DNA from: Candidatus Babeliales bacterium
GTDB taxonomy: Bacteria > Babelota > Babeliae > Babelales > JBFXEV01
Direction of reading: 5' to 3'
DNA length: 64,000 nt
Assembly (NCBI GenBank): GCA_050179755.1
Contig: JBFXEV010000001.1
Coordinates: 143,881 to 207,880, forward strand
Notes under the pieces: model-generated
Told to the model about the DNA's origin: nothing
Seen by the model: the letters and a program-made list of their open reading frames with translations, nothing else
The model's database searches: none
Program-made: the position numbers and the translations under genes
Shown here: piece by piece, positions 40,664 through 49,702 of the stretch
Layout: each line of letters begins with the position of its first letter
How positions within the stretch are numbered: position 1 is the stretch's first letter

Positions 40664-42094
40664 TTAGAGTCTTGCAATAATCTCGCGCTCAATGAATTTA
40701 TATTTAACGCCTTTAATTTCTTGATACTCATCAGATCCCTTTGCAAGCAAAGCAATAATTGAATTTTTTTGACTTATGGAATAAGCATATTTAATTGCTT
40801 CTTCACGATCCAGCACCGTATGCACTTTATGCATTAAATCTGGCGCTATACCTCGTTTAATATCTTCAATAATATGTTCTGGTTCTTCACTCCTTGGATT
40901 ATCAGTGGTAAGCACGATTGAATCTGCATATTTTGCAGCAATTCCACCCAAGATTGGCCGCTTAATAGTATCACGATTGCCACCGATGCCAAACACTACA
41001 ATGAGATCTTTAGTATGTGCACACAAAGTTGAAAGCACTGCCTCAAATGATGATGGCGTATGTGCATGATCAATAATACACTGTGCACCATTGGGCAGCC
41101 CATATGTTTGCATGCGCCCTTTAACTCCCGGAAAATTTTCTAAGCTACTCTGCAAAATTTCAGGCGCAATGCCTAAAGATTTGCATAAGGCAAAGCTCAT
41201 ACCAATATTATAAGCATTAAAAGTTCCCACGAGCTTGGGGCAACGCACTGCATGATCATTAATCAATAATGATAAACCCTCTGCCATAGAACTATGTTGC
41301 ACACTTACGTTGTAATCAACGTCATTATTAATACCCACCGTCAAAACATTTTTTTTAGCATTAACATCTAAATGCTGCGGGATATCTGTTACTCTTGCAT
41401 CATCACCATTTAGCACAATTGGTGCATCAACACTCAACTGTTCTAATATTTTACATTTTGCTGCAAAATACTCATCTTGTGTTGCATAAAATTCTGCATG
41501 CTCTTGCGAAAAGTTAGTAAAAATAACGCCAGCAAATTGTATGCCATGCACCCGAGAAAGTGAAAGCGCTTGCGCAGAAACTTCCATAACTACATGTGTT
41601 ACACGTTCACGCACGCATTCGCTCAAGAAAACATGTAAATAATCTGCATGTGGTGTAGTAAGAGATTGCGGCAAAATATGCTCACCAATTTGATTATGCA
41701 CGGTGCCGAGTAACGCAGTTTTATAGCCAGCCGCTTCTAGCATTGCACGCACAATAAAGCTTGTGGTGGTTTTACCTTTGGTGCCCGTAATGCCAATGAT
41801 ATGCAATTGATCTGCCTGATTATCATTGTGTAGTGCTGCTAGCTGTGCAAAACGCTCACGAATATTTTCTGCATATTCAAGCTGCACGTTGTGTGCATTG
41901 AGAAATGCCACTAAATCTTGCTCAACTAGGGTATCACAAGGTGCAACAATGTGGGTTGCACCCTTTTTTACTGCATCTGGTATAAATTGTACGCCATGAG
42001 TTTTAGCTCCTGGCAACGCTACAAATATGGTGCCCTGCCCCACGTTATCGGTGTGGCAGGCAACCGGATATATTTTTGGAAATTGGTAGTTCAT
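40664..42094 (-). CDS. murE: UDP-MurNAc-dipeptide:meso-diaminopimelate ligase
   Basis: GITGTKGKTT, TTP, MEVS, FTNFSQEH, DHAHTP, DNPR (meso-DAP-type motif); likely start ATG 42094. Confidence 0.93.
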   Translation of the reverse strand: MNYQFPKIYPVACHTDNVGQGTIFVALPGAKTHGVQFIPDAVKKGATHIVAPCDTLVEQDLVAFLNAHNVQLEYAENIRERFAQLAALHNDNQADQLHIIGITGTKGKTTTSFIVRAMLEAAGYKTALLGTVHNQIGEHILPQSLTTPHADYLHVFLSECVRERVTHVVMEVSAQALSLSRVHGIQFAGVIFTNFSQEHAEFYATQDEYFAAKCKILEQLSVDAPIVLNGDDARVTDIPQHLDVNAKKNVLTVGINNDVDYNVSVQHSSMAEGLSLLINDHAVRCPKLVGTFNAYNIGMSFALCKSLGIAPEILQSSLENFPGVKGRMQTYGLPNGAQCIIDHAHTPSSFEAVLSTLCAHTKDLIVVFGIGGNRDTIKRPILGGIAAKYADSIVLTTDNPRSEEPEHIIEDIKRGIAPDLMHKVHTVLDREEAIKYAYSISQKNSIIALLAKGSDEYQEIKGVKYKFIEREIIARL

Positions 42095-42113
42095 GATCTT
42101 ATTCAATGAGTTC

Positions 42114-42205
42114 CGCTCACAAGAACCCTTCGACAAGATCAGGCTGAGCGGCTAAGTACATTTGTAATCGACCGCTCGTCATGTGCTTGTCGAAAAATAC
42201 GAGCG
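42114..42205. repeat. REP-like inverted doublet, family 3
   Basis: CCCTTCGACAAGATCAGGCTGAGCGG..CCGCTCGTCATGTGCTTGTCGAA; related to 25279-25384. Confidence 0.6.
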
Positions 42206-42208
42206 ATC

Positions 42209-43555
42209 TTATACGCCATTGCCTTTGGCAATATATTGCGCCAAACCTTTTCTAATTACTGGCAATAACCATAATATTCCCCACAAGTTGGCAGCAAGCA
42301 AGCCCGCATTCACCAAATCAGTTGAATTCCATACTACATCCACTTTGGCCATTGCGCCTAAAAATGTAACCGCACAGTAAAGTAGCGTAAATACGTTCAT
42401 GAATTTGCCACCGGTCAAAAAGATCCAACACGCGCGAGAAATATATGCATAAGCCACCAGCACGCCCATGCCAAACGTGATTGCAAGAAATGTTACCATC
42501 CAGCCGCCTGCCGTACCAAACACGGTTCTATAAGCTGCAATAGTCAAACACAAACCAGTCTCGCCGCTATTCCATACGCCACTAGCTACAATCATCCATG
42601 CAATAGAAAAGCACACTAAATTTGCACTAATAAACGCAGAAAGCATAGACATAATACCATTTTCCACGGGACGTTCAGAGCTAGAACCGCCAAACAAAAT
42701 ACCTGCTGTGCCAAGACCAGCTTCAGAAGCGTTTGCACCGCGTGCAATACCAAAGCGCATAGCGTTTTGTATGGTTAAACCTAATGCAGCACCACCGATC
42801 GCTGCAGGGTTAAATGCACCCTCCCAAATAGTATGCAATGCAGGAATTAATGATTTATAATGATACAAAATTACTAAAATGCACGTGCTAAAAAAAAGAC
42901 CTACTTTTAAAGGAACAATTTTATCTGATACGGCAACAATGCGCTTTGCGCCACCAAACATTACATACATAATAAAGGCAAGCAATATACATGCAATGAC
43001 CAGTTTTGGCATAAACGGCATTATAGTAATAAGCCCTTCGCGCATAGAATTTGCTTGCATTGCATTGCCACTTACCAAAGCCAGCATGAAGCATAAGAAC
43101 GCATAAAAATGGGGCAAAAAAGATCCACCAGGTACGCGAGATAAATAGATCATTGGGCCGCCAAGAGCATCACCGCCAGCGCTATGCGTTGCAAAAAGAG
43201 AGCTCAAATAAACTTCAGCATATCGCAATGCCATGCCCAAAAAACCAAGAATCACCAACCAAACAGCAACGCCAGGGCCACCTGCATACACTGCTGTTGC
43301 AACGCCTGCGATACTTCCGTTGCCCACGCTTGCGCTTAATGCATTTAAAAATGCTTGGAACGGCGTCATGTCTTCTTTGGTCTCTGTTTTAGAAGTTTTG
43401 GGGAAGAATACAAGACTCCACATCGTAATGAAATAACGGAATTGCACAAAAAAGAGTGCAACGGTACAAACTATCGCTGCGCCCACAATAAAAATGAGTA
43501 ACGGCCAGCCCCATGCAATGTTATTTAATTGTACTACGATATCATTGAGACTCAT
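42209..43555 (-). CDS. Alanine/glycine:cation symporter family protein
   Basis: VGNGSIAGVATA, GGPG, GGPMIY, EAGLGT; likely start ATG 43555. Confidence 0.9.
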   Translation of the reverse strand: MSLNDIVVQLNNIAWGWPLLIFIVGAAIVCTVALFFVQFRYFITMWSLVFFPKTSKTETKEDMTPFQAFLNALSASVGNGSIAGVATAVYAGGPGVAVWLVILGFLGMALRYAEVYLSSLFATHSAGGDALGGPMIYLSRVPGGSFLPHFYAFLCFMLALVSGNAMQANSMREGLITIMPFMPKLVIACILLAFIMYVMFGGAKRIVAVSDKIVPLKVGLFFSTCILVILYHYKSLIPALHTIWEGAFNPAAIGGAALGLTIQNAMRFGIARGANASEAGLGTAGILFGGSSSERPVENGIMSMLSAFISANLVCFSIAWMIVASGVWNSGETGLCLTIAAYRTVFGTAGGWMVTFLAITFGMGVLVAYAYISRACWIFLTGGKFMNVFTLLYCAVTFLGAMAKVDVVWNSTDLVNAGLLAANLWGILWLLPVIRKGLAQYIAKGNGV

Positions 43556-43629
43556 ATCTGCCCTTTCGTGGCATTTTAGGTTAAAATATATCTTACATAG
43601 CATACCAGAATTTTAGAAAAGAGACCCTC

Positions 43630-44049
43630 ATGAAACTATTAGGATTAGATATTGGCGACCAATGGACAGGCATTGCCATCTCCGATGACCTTCATATTAT
43701 CGCATCACCCCATCACACAGTTGCAAGCAAATATTTGGAGTCAACACTCACCAAACTTTTTGGAACCGAGAAAATACAAACAGTGGTTGTTGGTTATCCT
43801 ATTACCATGAAAGGAACCGAGAGCGACCAAACGCGCAAGGTGGTGGCACATAAAGAAGAACTTGCTCAACTCTTTCCCTTTATTGAATGGGTGCTGTGGG
43901 ATGAACGCCTTTCAAGCAAACAAGCAAATGCTATAAAGCACGCAAAAACCAAAGAAGAAAAATTGAAGCAGCATTCTATGGCTGCAGCATTAATTTTAAA
44001 ATCATATTTAGATCATTTGGCCTATAAAAAGGATTTGGCAGGATCTTAA
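43630..44049 (+). CDS. ruvX: RuvX/YqgF pre-16S rRNA nuclease
   Basis: LGLDIG..GIAISD, VVGYP, WDERLSS, AAALIL. Confidence 0.93.
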   Translation: MKLLGLDIGDQWTGIAISDDLHIIASPHHTVASKYLESTLTKLFGTEKIQTVVVGYPITMKGTESDQTRKVVAHKEELAQLFPFIEWVLWDERLSSKQANAIKHAKTKEEKLKQHSMAAALILKSYLDHLAYKKDLAGS

Positions 44050-44060
44050 ATTTTAGGCAG

Positions 44061-44090
44061 TTGACAATCGATAGCTCCCTCAGGTAAGGT
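44061..44090 (+). promoter_or_regulatory. Putative sigma70 promoter for the zinc-ribbon gene and tsaB
   Basis: TTGACA-18bp-TAAGGT. Confidence 0.45.
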
Positions 44091-44123
44091 AGAAGTAAGA
44101 GGAAAAGCAGTAAAGGAGGGAGC

Positions 44124-44303
44124 ATGAAGTGTAAAAAATGCTCAGGATTAATGGTATTGCAATCATTCTTTGATCATTTTATGAACTTTGATGGTTGGAA
44201 ATGCTTAAACTGTGGCAAAATCATCCCCAAAAAAGAGAAATCAATTGAAGCCGATGCTTTTAGCATCTTTTACCAGCAGCAAAAATGTAAGAACAAAAAG
44301 TAG
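44124..44303 (+). CDS. 59-aa zinc-ribbon protein, absent from the ORF track
   Basis: MKCKKCSGLMV..GWKCLNCGKI..; strong AAGGAGG SD; ends 6 bp before tsaB. Confidence 0.85.
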   Translation: MKCKKCSGLMVLQSFFDHFMNFDGWKCLNCGKIIPKKEKSIEADAFSIFYQQQKCKNKK

Positions 44304-44309
44304 CTTCAC

Positions 44310-44990
44310 ATGATCTCATTCATTATTAGCACTGATTACACGCACACAACGATTGCTCTTTGTAAAGAGAAGCGCATTATTGCCCAAATTCAAGAAGAGA
44401 ATAAAAACACCAGCAAGTATATGCTTATGCATATGCAAGCACTTCTTAAGGAGCATGGCAGTAAGCTGAGCGATGTAACTTTTATTGGGATCAATCAAGG
44501 CCCCGGGCCGTTTACTACTTTGCGGGTAACGCTTGCCACCATTAATGGTATTGCCTTTGCAAGCACTATTCCATTAGTAGGCATTGACGGCATTAAAGCA
44601 CTGGTAGAAGAAAATAAGGATACAAACTATCCATATACAGTTGCTTTGCTCAATGCTTTTAATGATGAAGCATATTATGCCATACAGATACCTGACACTG
44701 ACTTAAACATTGGCTATAAAAAAATTGACGCGTTTTTGCAAGAACTTAAAAATGAATTTTCTGATGTTAAGTTTCGTTTGATTGGTTCTGGTGTGAACAC
44801 CTTTAAAGAACAAATCACAAAAATACTTGGCAGGCAAGCACTAATTCCTGACTCTGTACCTTTGGCACCATCACTTGAATTTTTGGCACAAAGAGCCGTG
44901 AGCCTCTATAATGCGCAAGACGTGCACCATAAACTCTTACCACTCTATTTAAAAATAATGAATTATAAAACATCAATTACTATTCACTAA
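44310..44990 (+). CDS. tsaB: tRNA t6A biosynthesis protein TsaB
   Basis: GINQGPGPFTTLRV, LVGIDG, PLYLK. Confidence 0.88.
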   Translation: MISFIISTDYTHTTIALCKEKRIIAQIQEENKNTSKYMLMHMQALLKEHGSKLSDVTFIGINQGPGPFTTLRVTLATINGIAFASTIPLVGIDGIKALVEENKDTNYPYTVALLNAFNDEAYYAIQIPDTDLNIGYKKIDAFLQELKNEFSDVKFRLIGSGVNTFKEQITKILGRQALIPDSVPLAPSLEFLAQRAVSLYNAQDVHHKLLPLYLKIMNYKTSITIH

Positions 44991-45750
44991 TTTCTTTTTT
45001 TTCAGCAGATTTCTTTTTTTCTTGTAATACCAAACTATATATTTTAGATATCGTAGATTCTTCAATGTTGCTCAGAGGACAATGTTTTCCATGTTTTGAT
45101 GGCGGGCATGATTTAAAACAGATCAGATCAAAACATGTTTGGCCCCATTTATTTCTTTTGATGACAGCCTCCCATACTCTACTCTGAAAAGCCTTAGCTT
45201 CTGTTTCTGGTATGAGTGCTTCTTGCTGCTCAGCAGTTACATTTTTAAGCGGTCCTTGCGTAGAAAAAATAGCAAAGATAAGTTCTGATAAAATGTGTAA
45301 GCCTATAGCAAGTCCACTGGGGCCTTGAGGAACAACTCTAAAACATTTATGAAAAACAGTATCTCCTACTGCAGAATCTGTTTGCAATGAAAAATCTGCA
45401 TCCCGTGCTAGTAGTAGACGAGCAACTTCCATGCGCTTTTCTATTTCTGGATACCATTTGTTATGTGACGTTAATGTTATCTTTCTTATTGCCCATTGAA
45501 GCGGTGGTAACCCAAAAGTGCCAAATTGATCTACTAAGGCGCCAGCTTCTAAAAGTGTCTGTACTGCTTCTTTATGGTCTAATGCCAATACTAAAGCAGT
45601 ATGGTCATGTCCATTTTTATAGTTTATATCCACATTACCTAGAAATGGCTTAATTAATGCAACATCACCTGTTTTTGCAGTGTCTAAAAAAGCTCTCTCC
45701 ATACTATGTGCCAAATTACTTACTGCCAACAATAATAACAAGCATATCAT
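44980..45750 (-). CDS. Secreted ankyrin repeat protein with C-terminal Cys/His cluster
   Basis: AHS-MER leader; HTALVLA, LLEAGA, GLPPLQWA, GDTVFH; CFKSCPPSKHGKHCP. Confidence 0.82.
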   Translation of the reverse strand: MICLLLLLAVSNLAHSMERAFLDTAKTGDVALIKPFLGNVDINYKNGHDHTALVLALDHKEAVQTLLEAGALVDQFGTFGLPPLQWAIRKITLTSHNKWYPEIEKRMEVARLLLARDADFSLQTDSAVGDTVFHKCFRVVPQGPSGLAIGLHILSELIFAIFSTQGPLKNVTAEQQEALIPETEAKAFQSRVWEAVIKRNKWGQTCFDLICFKSCPPSKHGKHCPLSNIEESTISKIYSLVLQEKKKSAEKKEISE

Positions 45751-46037
45751 GATCAAAATCCCTTATTGATTATCTTTATTCATTATATGTGCACTATTTG
45801 CAACATCATAAACACGTTTCAATCGTTCTTCATCACAAAAGTTTACACATTTTTCGTGCGATAAGCCCTGGAGCATGATCTTTTTGGCAAATTGCTTTTG
45901 CAAGCACGTTATTATTCATGCCCTGAGCACTAAAAGAAAGCAACACCAAAAACAAAAAAATACATATTGCAAAACTCCCTAATGCGAGTAAACTATATTC
46001 TTTTAAAAAATACTTACACAATCTTTTAGGAGGCCTT

Positions 46038-46790
46038 ATGAACCGTATACTTTTAGCACTAGCCTGCTCCCTTTCAATGGTTGGTTTAAGTTTAGCAAAG
46101 ATTATTGAAAGCGATACAGTTCTTGAAATTAAAAATTACTTAACCGCCGACTATGAACACACATTAGTTATCTTTGACATTGATAACACCCTTGCAGCAC
46201 CAAAGCTAGAAATTGGCAGCGATCAATGGGTTGATCATTTAGTGCGTGAAAAAATGAAACAAGGCCTTGATATGCAGCAAGCTTTTAATGCCGTGCTGCC
46301 CACCTATTTTCATGTACAATTTAAAATTGCCATGCATCCTGTAGAAGATCTTACCCCACTCTTTATTAAAGAAATGCAAACACAGGGCGTTTCGGTAATT
46401 GCAATTACTGCACGCTCTATTTATGTGGCTAGCCGCACGCTTGATCAACTTGATGATATAAATGTTAAGCTTGGTGTTCAAGGATATACAAATGAATTAC
46501 ATTTAAATATGCCTATTCCCTGCATATATATGCATGGTGTTATATTCTCTGGTAATAATGATAAGGGATTAGTACTTATTGAGCTTCTAAAAAACATCGA
46601 TTACCTTCCAACTAAAATTATCTTTATTGATGATAAACTTAAAAATTTAACAGCAGTTGAATATGCTGCACAAAAATGTGGTATTGAGTTTATTGGTATT
46701 CGTTATACTCGTTGTGATGAACGAGTGGCAAATTTTAATCCGGTTAAAGCGCAAGAGCAGTTTGAGATGTTGCAACAGATTACTGGATAA
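46038..46790 (+). CDS. Exported HAD-like protein (DUF2608-like)
   Basis: Signal peptide; FDIDNTL, ITAR, KG, FIDDK. Confidence 0.8.
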   Translation: MNRILLALACSLSMVGLSLAKIIESDTVLEIKNYLTADYEHTLVIFDIDNTLAAPKLEIGSDQWVDHLVREKMKQGLDMQQAFNAVLPTYFHVQFKIAMHPVEDLTPLFIKEMQTQGVSVIAITARSIYVASRTLDQLDDINVKLGVQGYTNELHLNMPIPCIYMHGVIFSGNNDKGLVLIELLKNIDYLPTKIIFIDDKLKNLTAVEYAAQKCGIEFIGIRYTRCDERVANFNPVKAQEQFEMLQQITG

Positions 46791-46867
46791 TGATTTTACG
46801 TTAATAGATTGAAATGATTCTTTAAGTTTTAGTAGAAGTTCGACTATAAAATCTACATTCTTTACCC

Positions 46868-47366
46868 CTGGTGCCGCTACGCGCGGCGACGCATGCCTTT
46901 TTCATGCGAAAAAGGACGCAAAAAGCATCAGCATGCTTCCGCCTACGCTAATCCAGGCCTTCATGGCTTGGCTAGCTTTGGCGGACAGGGCTGAACTGGC
47001 TGCCTGACCGCCGTAGCCTTGGCGAAGGCTGGTTCGCTGAAGACAAAACTACTGCACGCCTATTCAGGCGCAGTAGTGCTACAGCTCCATCAGACTTTTT
47101 TATTTTATCCACCTGAACTTACTATCACAGCTTATTCCTGTAAATAAGTTAAGCTTATAAATTAATGGTGAGCCAGTTGATATCCATCCACCTACACAAC
47201 AATACACATAGAAGAATAACAATATGCGACGGCTAGAATTAACCCTGTGGATATTATAAGCTGGATGATAAGGTATGGGGAGCGCGAGGGATAGCATGCC
47301 CTCGCTGGTTTTTGCACCCTTTTTGCCACCAAAAAGGCGTGCGCCTGCCGCGCGTAGCGGCACCAG
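46868..47366. mobile_element. Non-coding element with inverted hairpin arms, copy B, with nested family-2 REPs
   Basis: Perfect 20-bp terminal inverted repeat CTGGTGCCGCTACGCGCGGC; right 200 bp similar to 18656-18858. Confidence 0.72.
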
Positions 47367-47415
47367 AGATAATGCACGTATAATATCAGTGGAACTTCTA
47401 AATATACATTATGTC

Positions 47416-48150
47416 TTATATCATTGACCGGATCATGCCTAGTCCAACAACAAAAGCCTGCTTTGCCCGCAACACCGTAGGCGTCAATTTACAAAAAACA
47501 ACACCCTTTTTTCGCAAGACATCCTTTTCATTAATAGAAAGATCTGCCTCCGGGCCAATAATAAGAGTGATGGCTTTACTATTTTTCTTCTTTTTTAATT
47601 CTGAAATCACTTCATAAGCGGATTTACCATCCGCATCAAAAAAGATCACGTCACCAGAAAGTTGTTTTATAACTTCATCAAATGTAATAGGCGCATGCAA
47701 TCGTGGCATTGCAAACTGCTTTGATTGTTCACATGCTGCAATCATTATAGCATGAAGCCTCTCAAACTCTTTTGTTCCTGCCCATGCCCGGTGCACTTTT
47801 TCTGTAAACATTAATTGAACTGAATTTGCACCAAGTTCAATAGCTGCATAAAGAACTTCTTCCAAAGCGTCACGCTTAAGTACTGGCACAATACAATTAA
47901 CTTCTGGTAAAAGTTGCCGGACAATTTCAACATTTTGCACCGTAACTACACAGTGCTTTTTATCAAGAATAGTAATTACTACCTCAATGACAAATACGCC
48001 ATCAAACAAAGTAAATGTTTCGCCAACGTTCAAACGCAATACTTTGTTAATTCGTTGCAATAAGGCCGCATCTGTTAGAACAATCTGTTTTTGATCTTTT
48101 ATTAGCTGCTTATAATAGAATGCAAACTCATGCTTAGCCGATGTGCTCAT
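47416..48150 (-). CDS. rsmE: 16S rRNA m3U1498 methyltransferase
   Basis: VLRL, ELGA, ACEQS, IIGPEADLS, VLRA. Confidence 0.9.
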   Translation of the reverse strand: MSTSAKHEFAFYYKQLIKDQKQIVLTDAALLQRINKVLRLNVGETFTLFDGVFVIEVVITILDKKHCVVTVQNVEIVRQLLPEVNCIVPVLKRDALEEVLYAAIELGANSVQLMFTEKVHRAWAGTKEFERLHAIMIAACEQSKQFAMPRLHAPITFDEVIKQLSGDVIFFDADGKSAYEVISELKKKKNSKAITLIIGPEADLSINEKDVLRKKGVVFCKLTPTVLRAKQAFVVGLGMIRSMI

Positions 48151-48502
48151 TAAGTACCCATGATTTAAATCTTACTACATTAGTACGAACACGTGCCCAC
48201 ATATTTTCAATATAACTGCGCATTGCAAGATACCCAATAAGCATTTTAAGACCAAATTGCCGCATGAGAATAGTCGCTTGTGAAGGAGGCGTTGGTTTTT
48301 CGGCGAATTCTTCTAAAGCTTCAATTTCTTCTTCTTCCGCATCGTGCTTATGTATTTCTAATTGTTCATCATCATCTACTTCTAGAATATCTGTGAATTC
48401 AAAATCTGATGACTCGCCATCAATGATCAGATTTTCATTGTCTGCATACATCGCAATAAAAAAGTTTAGGCAAATGAAATGAAATAAAAATTTTTTATTC
48501 AT
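48134..48502 (-). CDS. Secreted acidic hypothetical protein
   Basis: Likely start MNKKFLF at 48502 after GGAG; Asp/Glu-rich. Confidence 0.7.
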   Translation of the reverse strand: MNKKFLFHFICLNFFIAMYADNENLIIDGESSDFEFTDILEVDDDEQLEIHKHDAEEEEIEALEEFAEKPTPPSQATILMRQFGLKMLIGYLAMRSYIENMWARVRTNVVRFKSWVLNEHIG

Positions 48503-48586
48503 ATGAACTCCACATAAAAGATTTATCTTTACAATATTATAAATAAAAATTAGCATATCAAATTCAAAAAAATTGACGAGAAATAA

Positions 48587-48614
48587 TTGACAATCACTTT
48601 TCTCTTGATATGAT
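48587..48614 (+). promoter_or_regulatory. Putative sigma70 promoter for the beta-barrel gene
   Basis: TTGACA-16bp-TATGAT with extended TGn. Confidence 0.5.
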
Positions 48615-48691
48615 GCTACTATACCATATATACTGATAATAGAAAAACGTAGAACATTAATAAGCATATTTTCTTAACAGAAAGGAATCGT

Positions 48692-49573
48692 ATGAAACAT
48701 CTTTGCAGAGCGTTGTCTCTTGCTACACTTTTCTGTGCATCACTTGCACAGGCAAACCACTTTGACAATAACAATTTGTCATTGAATGTTGGTCCAACAT
48801 TCAACTATGCGCGGTTTAGATTCTTCCAACAAGATGGTGATACTATCACAAGATTACCTGGAAATACTACTGGCTATATGGCTGGTATTCATGCCGATTT
48901 GACATATCAAGCATGTTGCGGTGTATTTGCACGTCTTCGTTTTGATGGCAGATGGAATGCAGGTAATTTTAACCGTAATTTCTTATTTGGTACTGAAACG
49001 TTCTTTAGAAGCGACCGTTTCAAAGTAAGAGACTATCGTCCAGAATTTAACATTGGTTACACATTTGCATTTGGCGATTGCTGTGATTTCTCAGTAACTC
49101 CATATACTGGTGTGGGCCTTATCCAATTGCAAGTAAACAGAAGATTCCCTGATACTACAGGAGTAATTGATCCAGCAATAGCACGTGACACTCGTCGCAG
49201 AGACGTATACGTACCAGTTGGTGTGCAACTTGATTGGGCGCGTAGCGAATGTTTTGGCATTGGTTTAAATGCTGAGTATCGTATTGGTGTGTGGAATCGT
49301 TTTGAAAGAAACTTCTTTAATACCGCGACAACAAGACAACGCATCAGAACTCGCAGAGCAGATAGCTTCTTAGTTGAAGTTCCATTAACATGGCAAAAAG
49401 AAACATGCCATTGCTTTGACTGGCAGTTCCGCGTAGTTCCTTACTTTGATTGGACTCGTTGGGGCGGATTGCGCCGTGATGAACCAGTCGTTACGCCACC
49501 TTTAACTACAGCTGACGCACGTCTTCGTATGTGGTATGTAGGTTTACACATCGACTTTGGTGTTAACTTCTAA
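48692..49573 (+). CDS. Outer-membrane beta-barrel protein, Cys- and Arg-rich
   Basis: Signal peptide, alternating amphipathic strands, C-terminal beta-signal YVGLHIDFGVNF. Confidence 0.8.
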   Translation: MKHLCRALSLATLFCASLAQANHFDNNNLSLNVGPTFNYARFRFFQQDGDTITRLPGNTTGYMAGIHADLTYQACCGVFARLRFDGRWNAGNFNRNFLFGTETFFRSDRFKVRDYRPEFNIGYTFAFGDCCDFSVTPYTGVGLIQLQVNRRFPDTTGVIDPAIARDTRRRDVYVPVGVQLDWARSECFGIGLNAEYRIGVWNRFERNFFNTATTRQRIRTRRADSFLVEVPLTWQKETCHCFDWQFRVVPYFDWTRWGGLRRDEPVVTPPLTTADARLRMWYVGLHIDFGVNF

Positions 49574-49626
49574 ACTGTAAATAAATATAAAGCACAGTCC
49601 AAACCCTGCGCTTTAATAAAATCCGT

Positions 49627-49660
49627 AAAAGCCACTCAGAATATTCTGAGTGGCTTTTTT
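49627..49660 (+). terminator. Intrinsic terminator
   Basis: AAAAGCCACTCAGAAT-ATTCTGAGTGGCTTTTTT. Confidence 0.88.
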
Positions 49661-49702
49661 AATTTTATACCTAACGCTCACCCACTCAGAAAAAGGAACA
49701 TT

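Noticed and set aside
45833..46021. 62-aa ORF with an AQG-MNN leader
   Set aside because: Possibly a truncated secreted-protein remnant but too short to call; used only as a leader example
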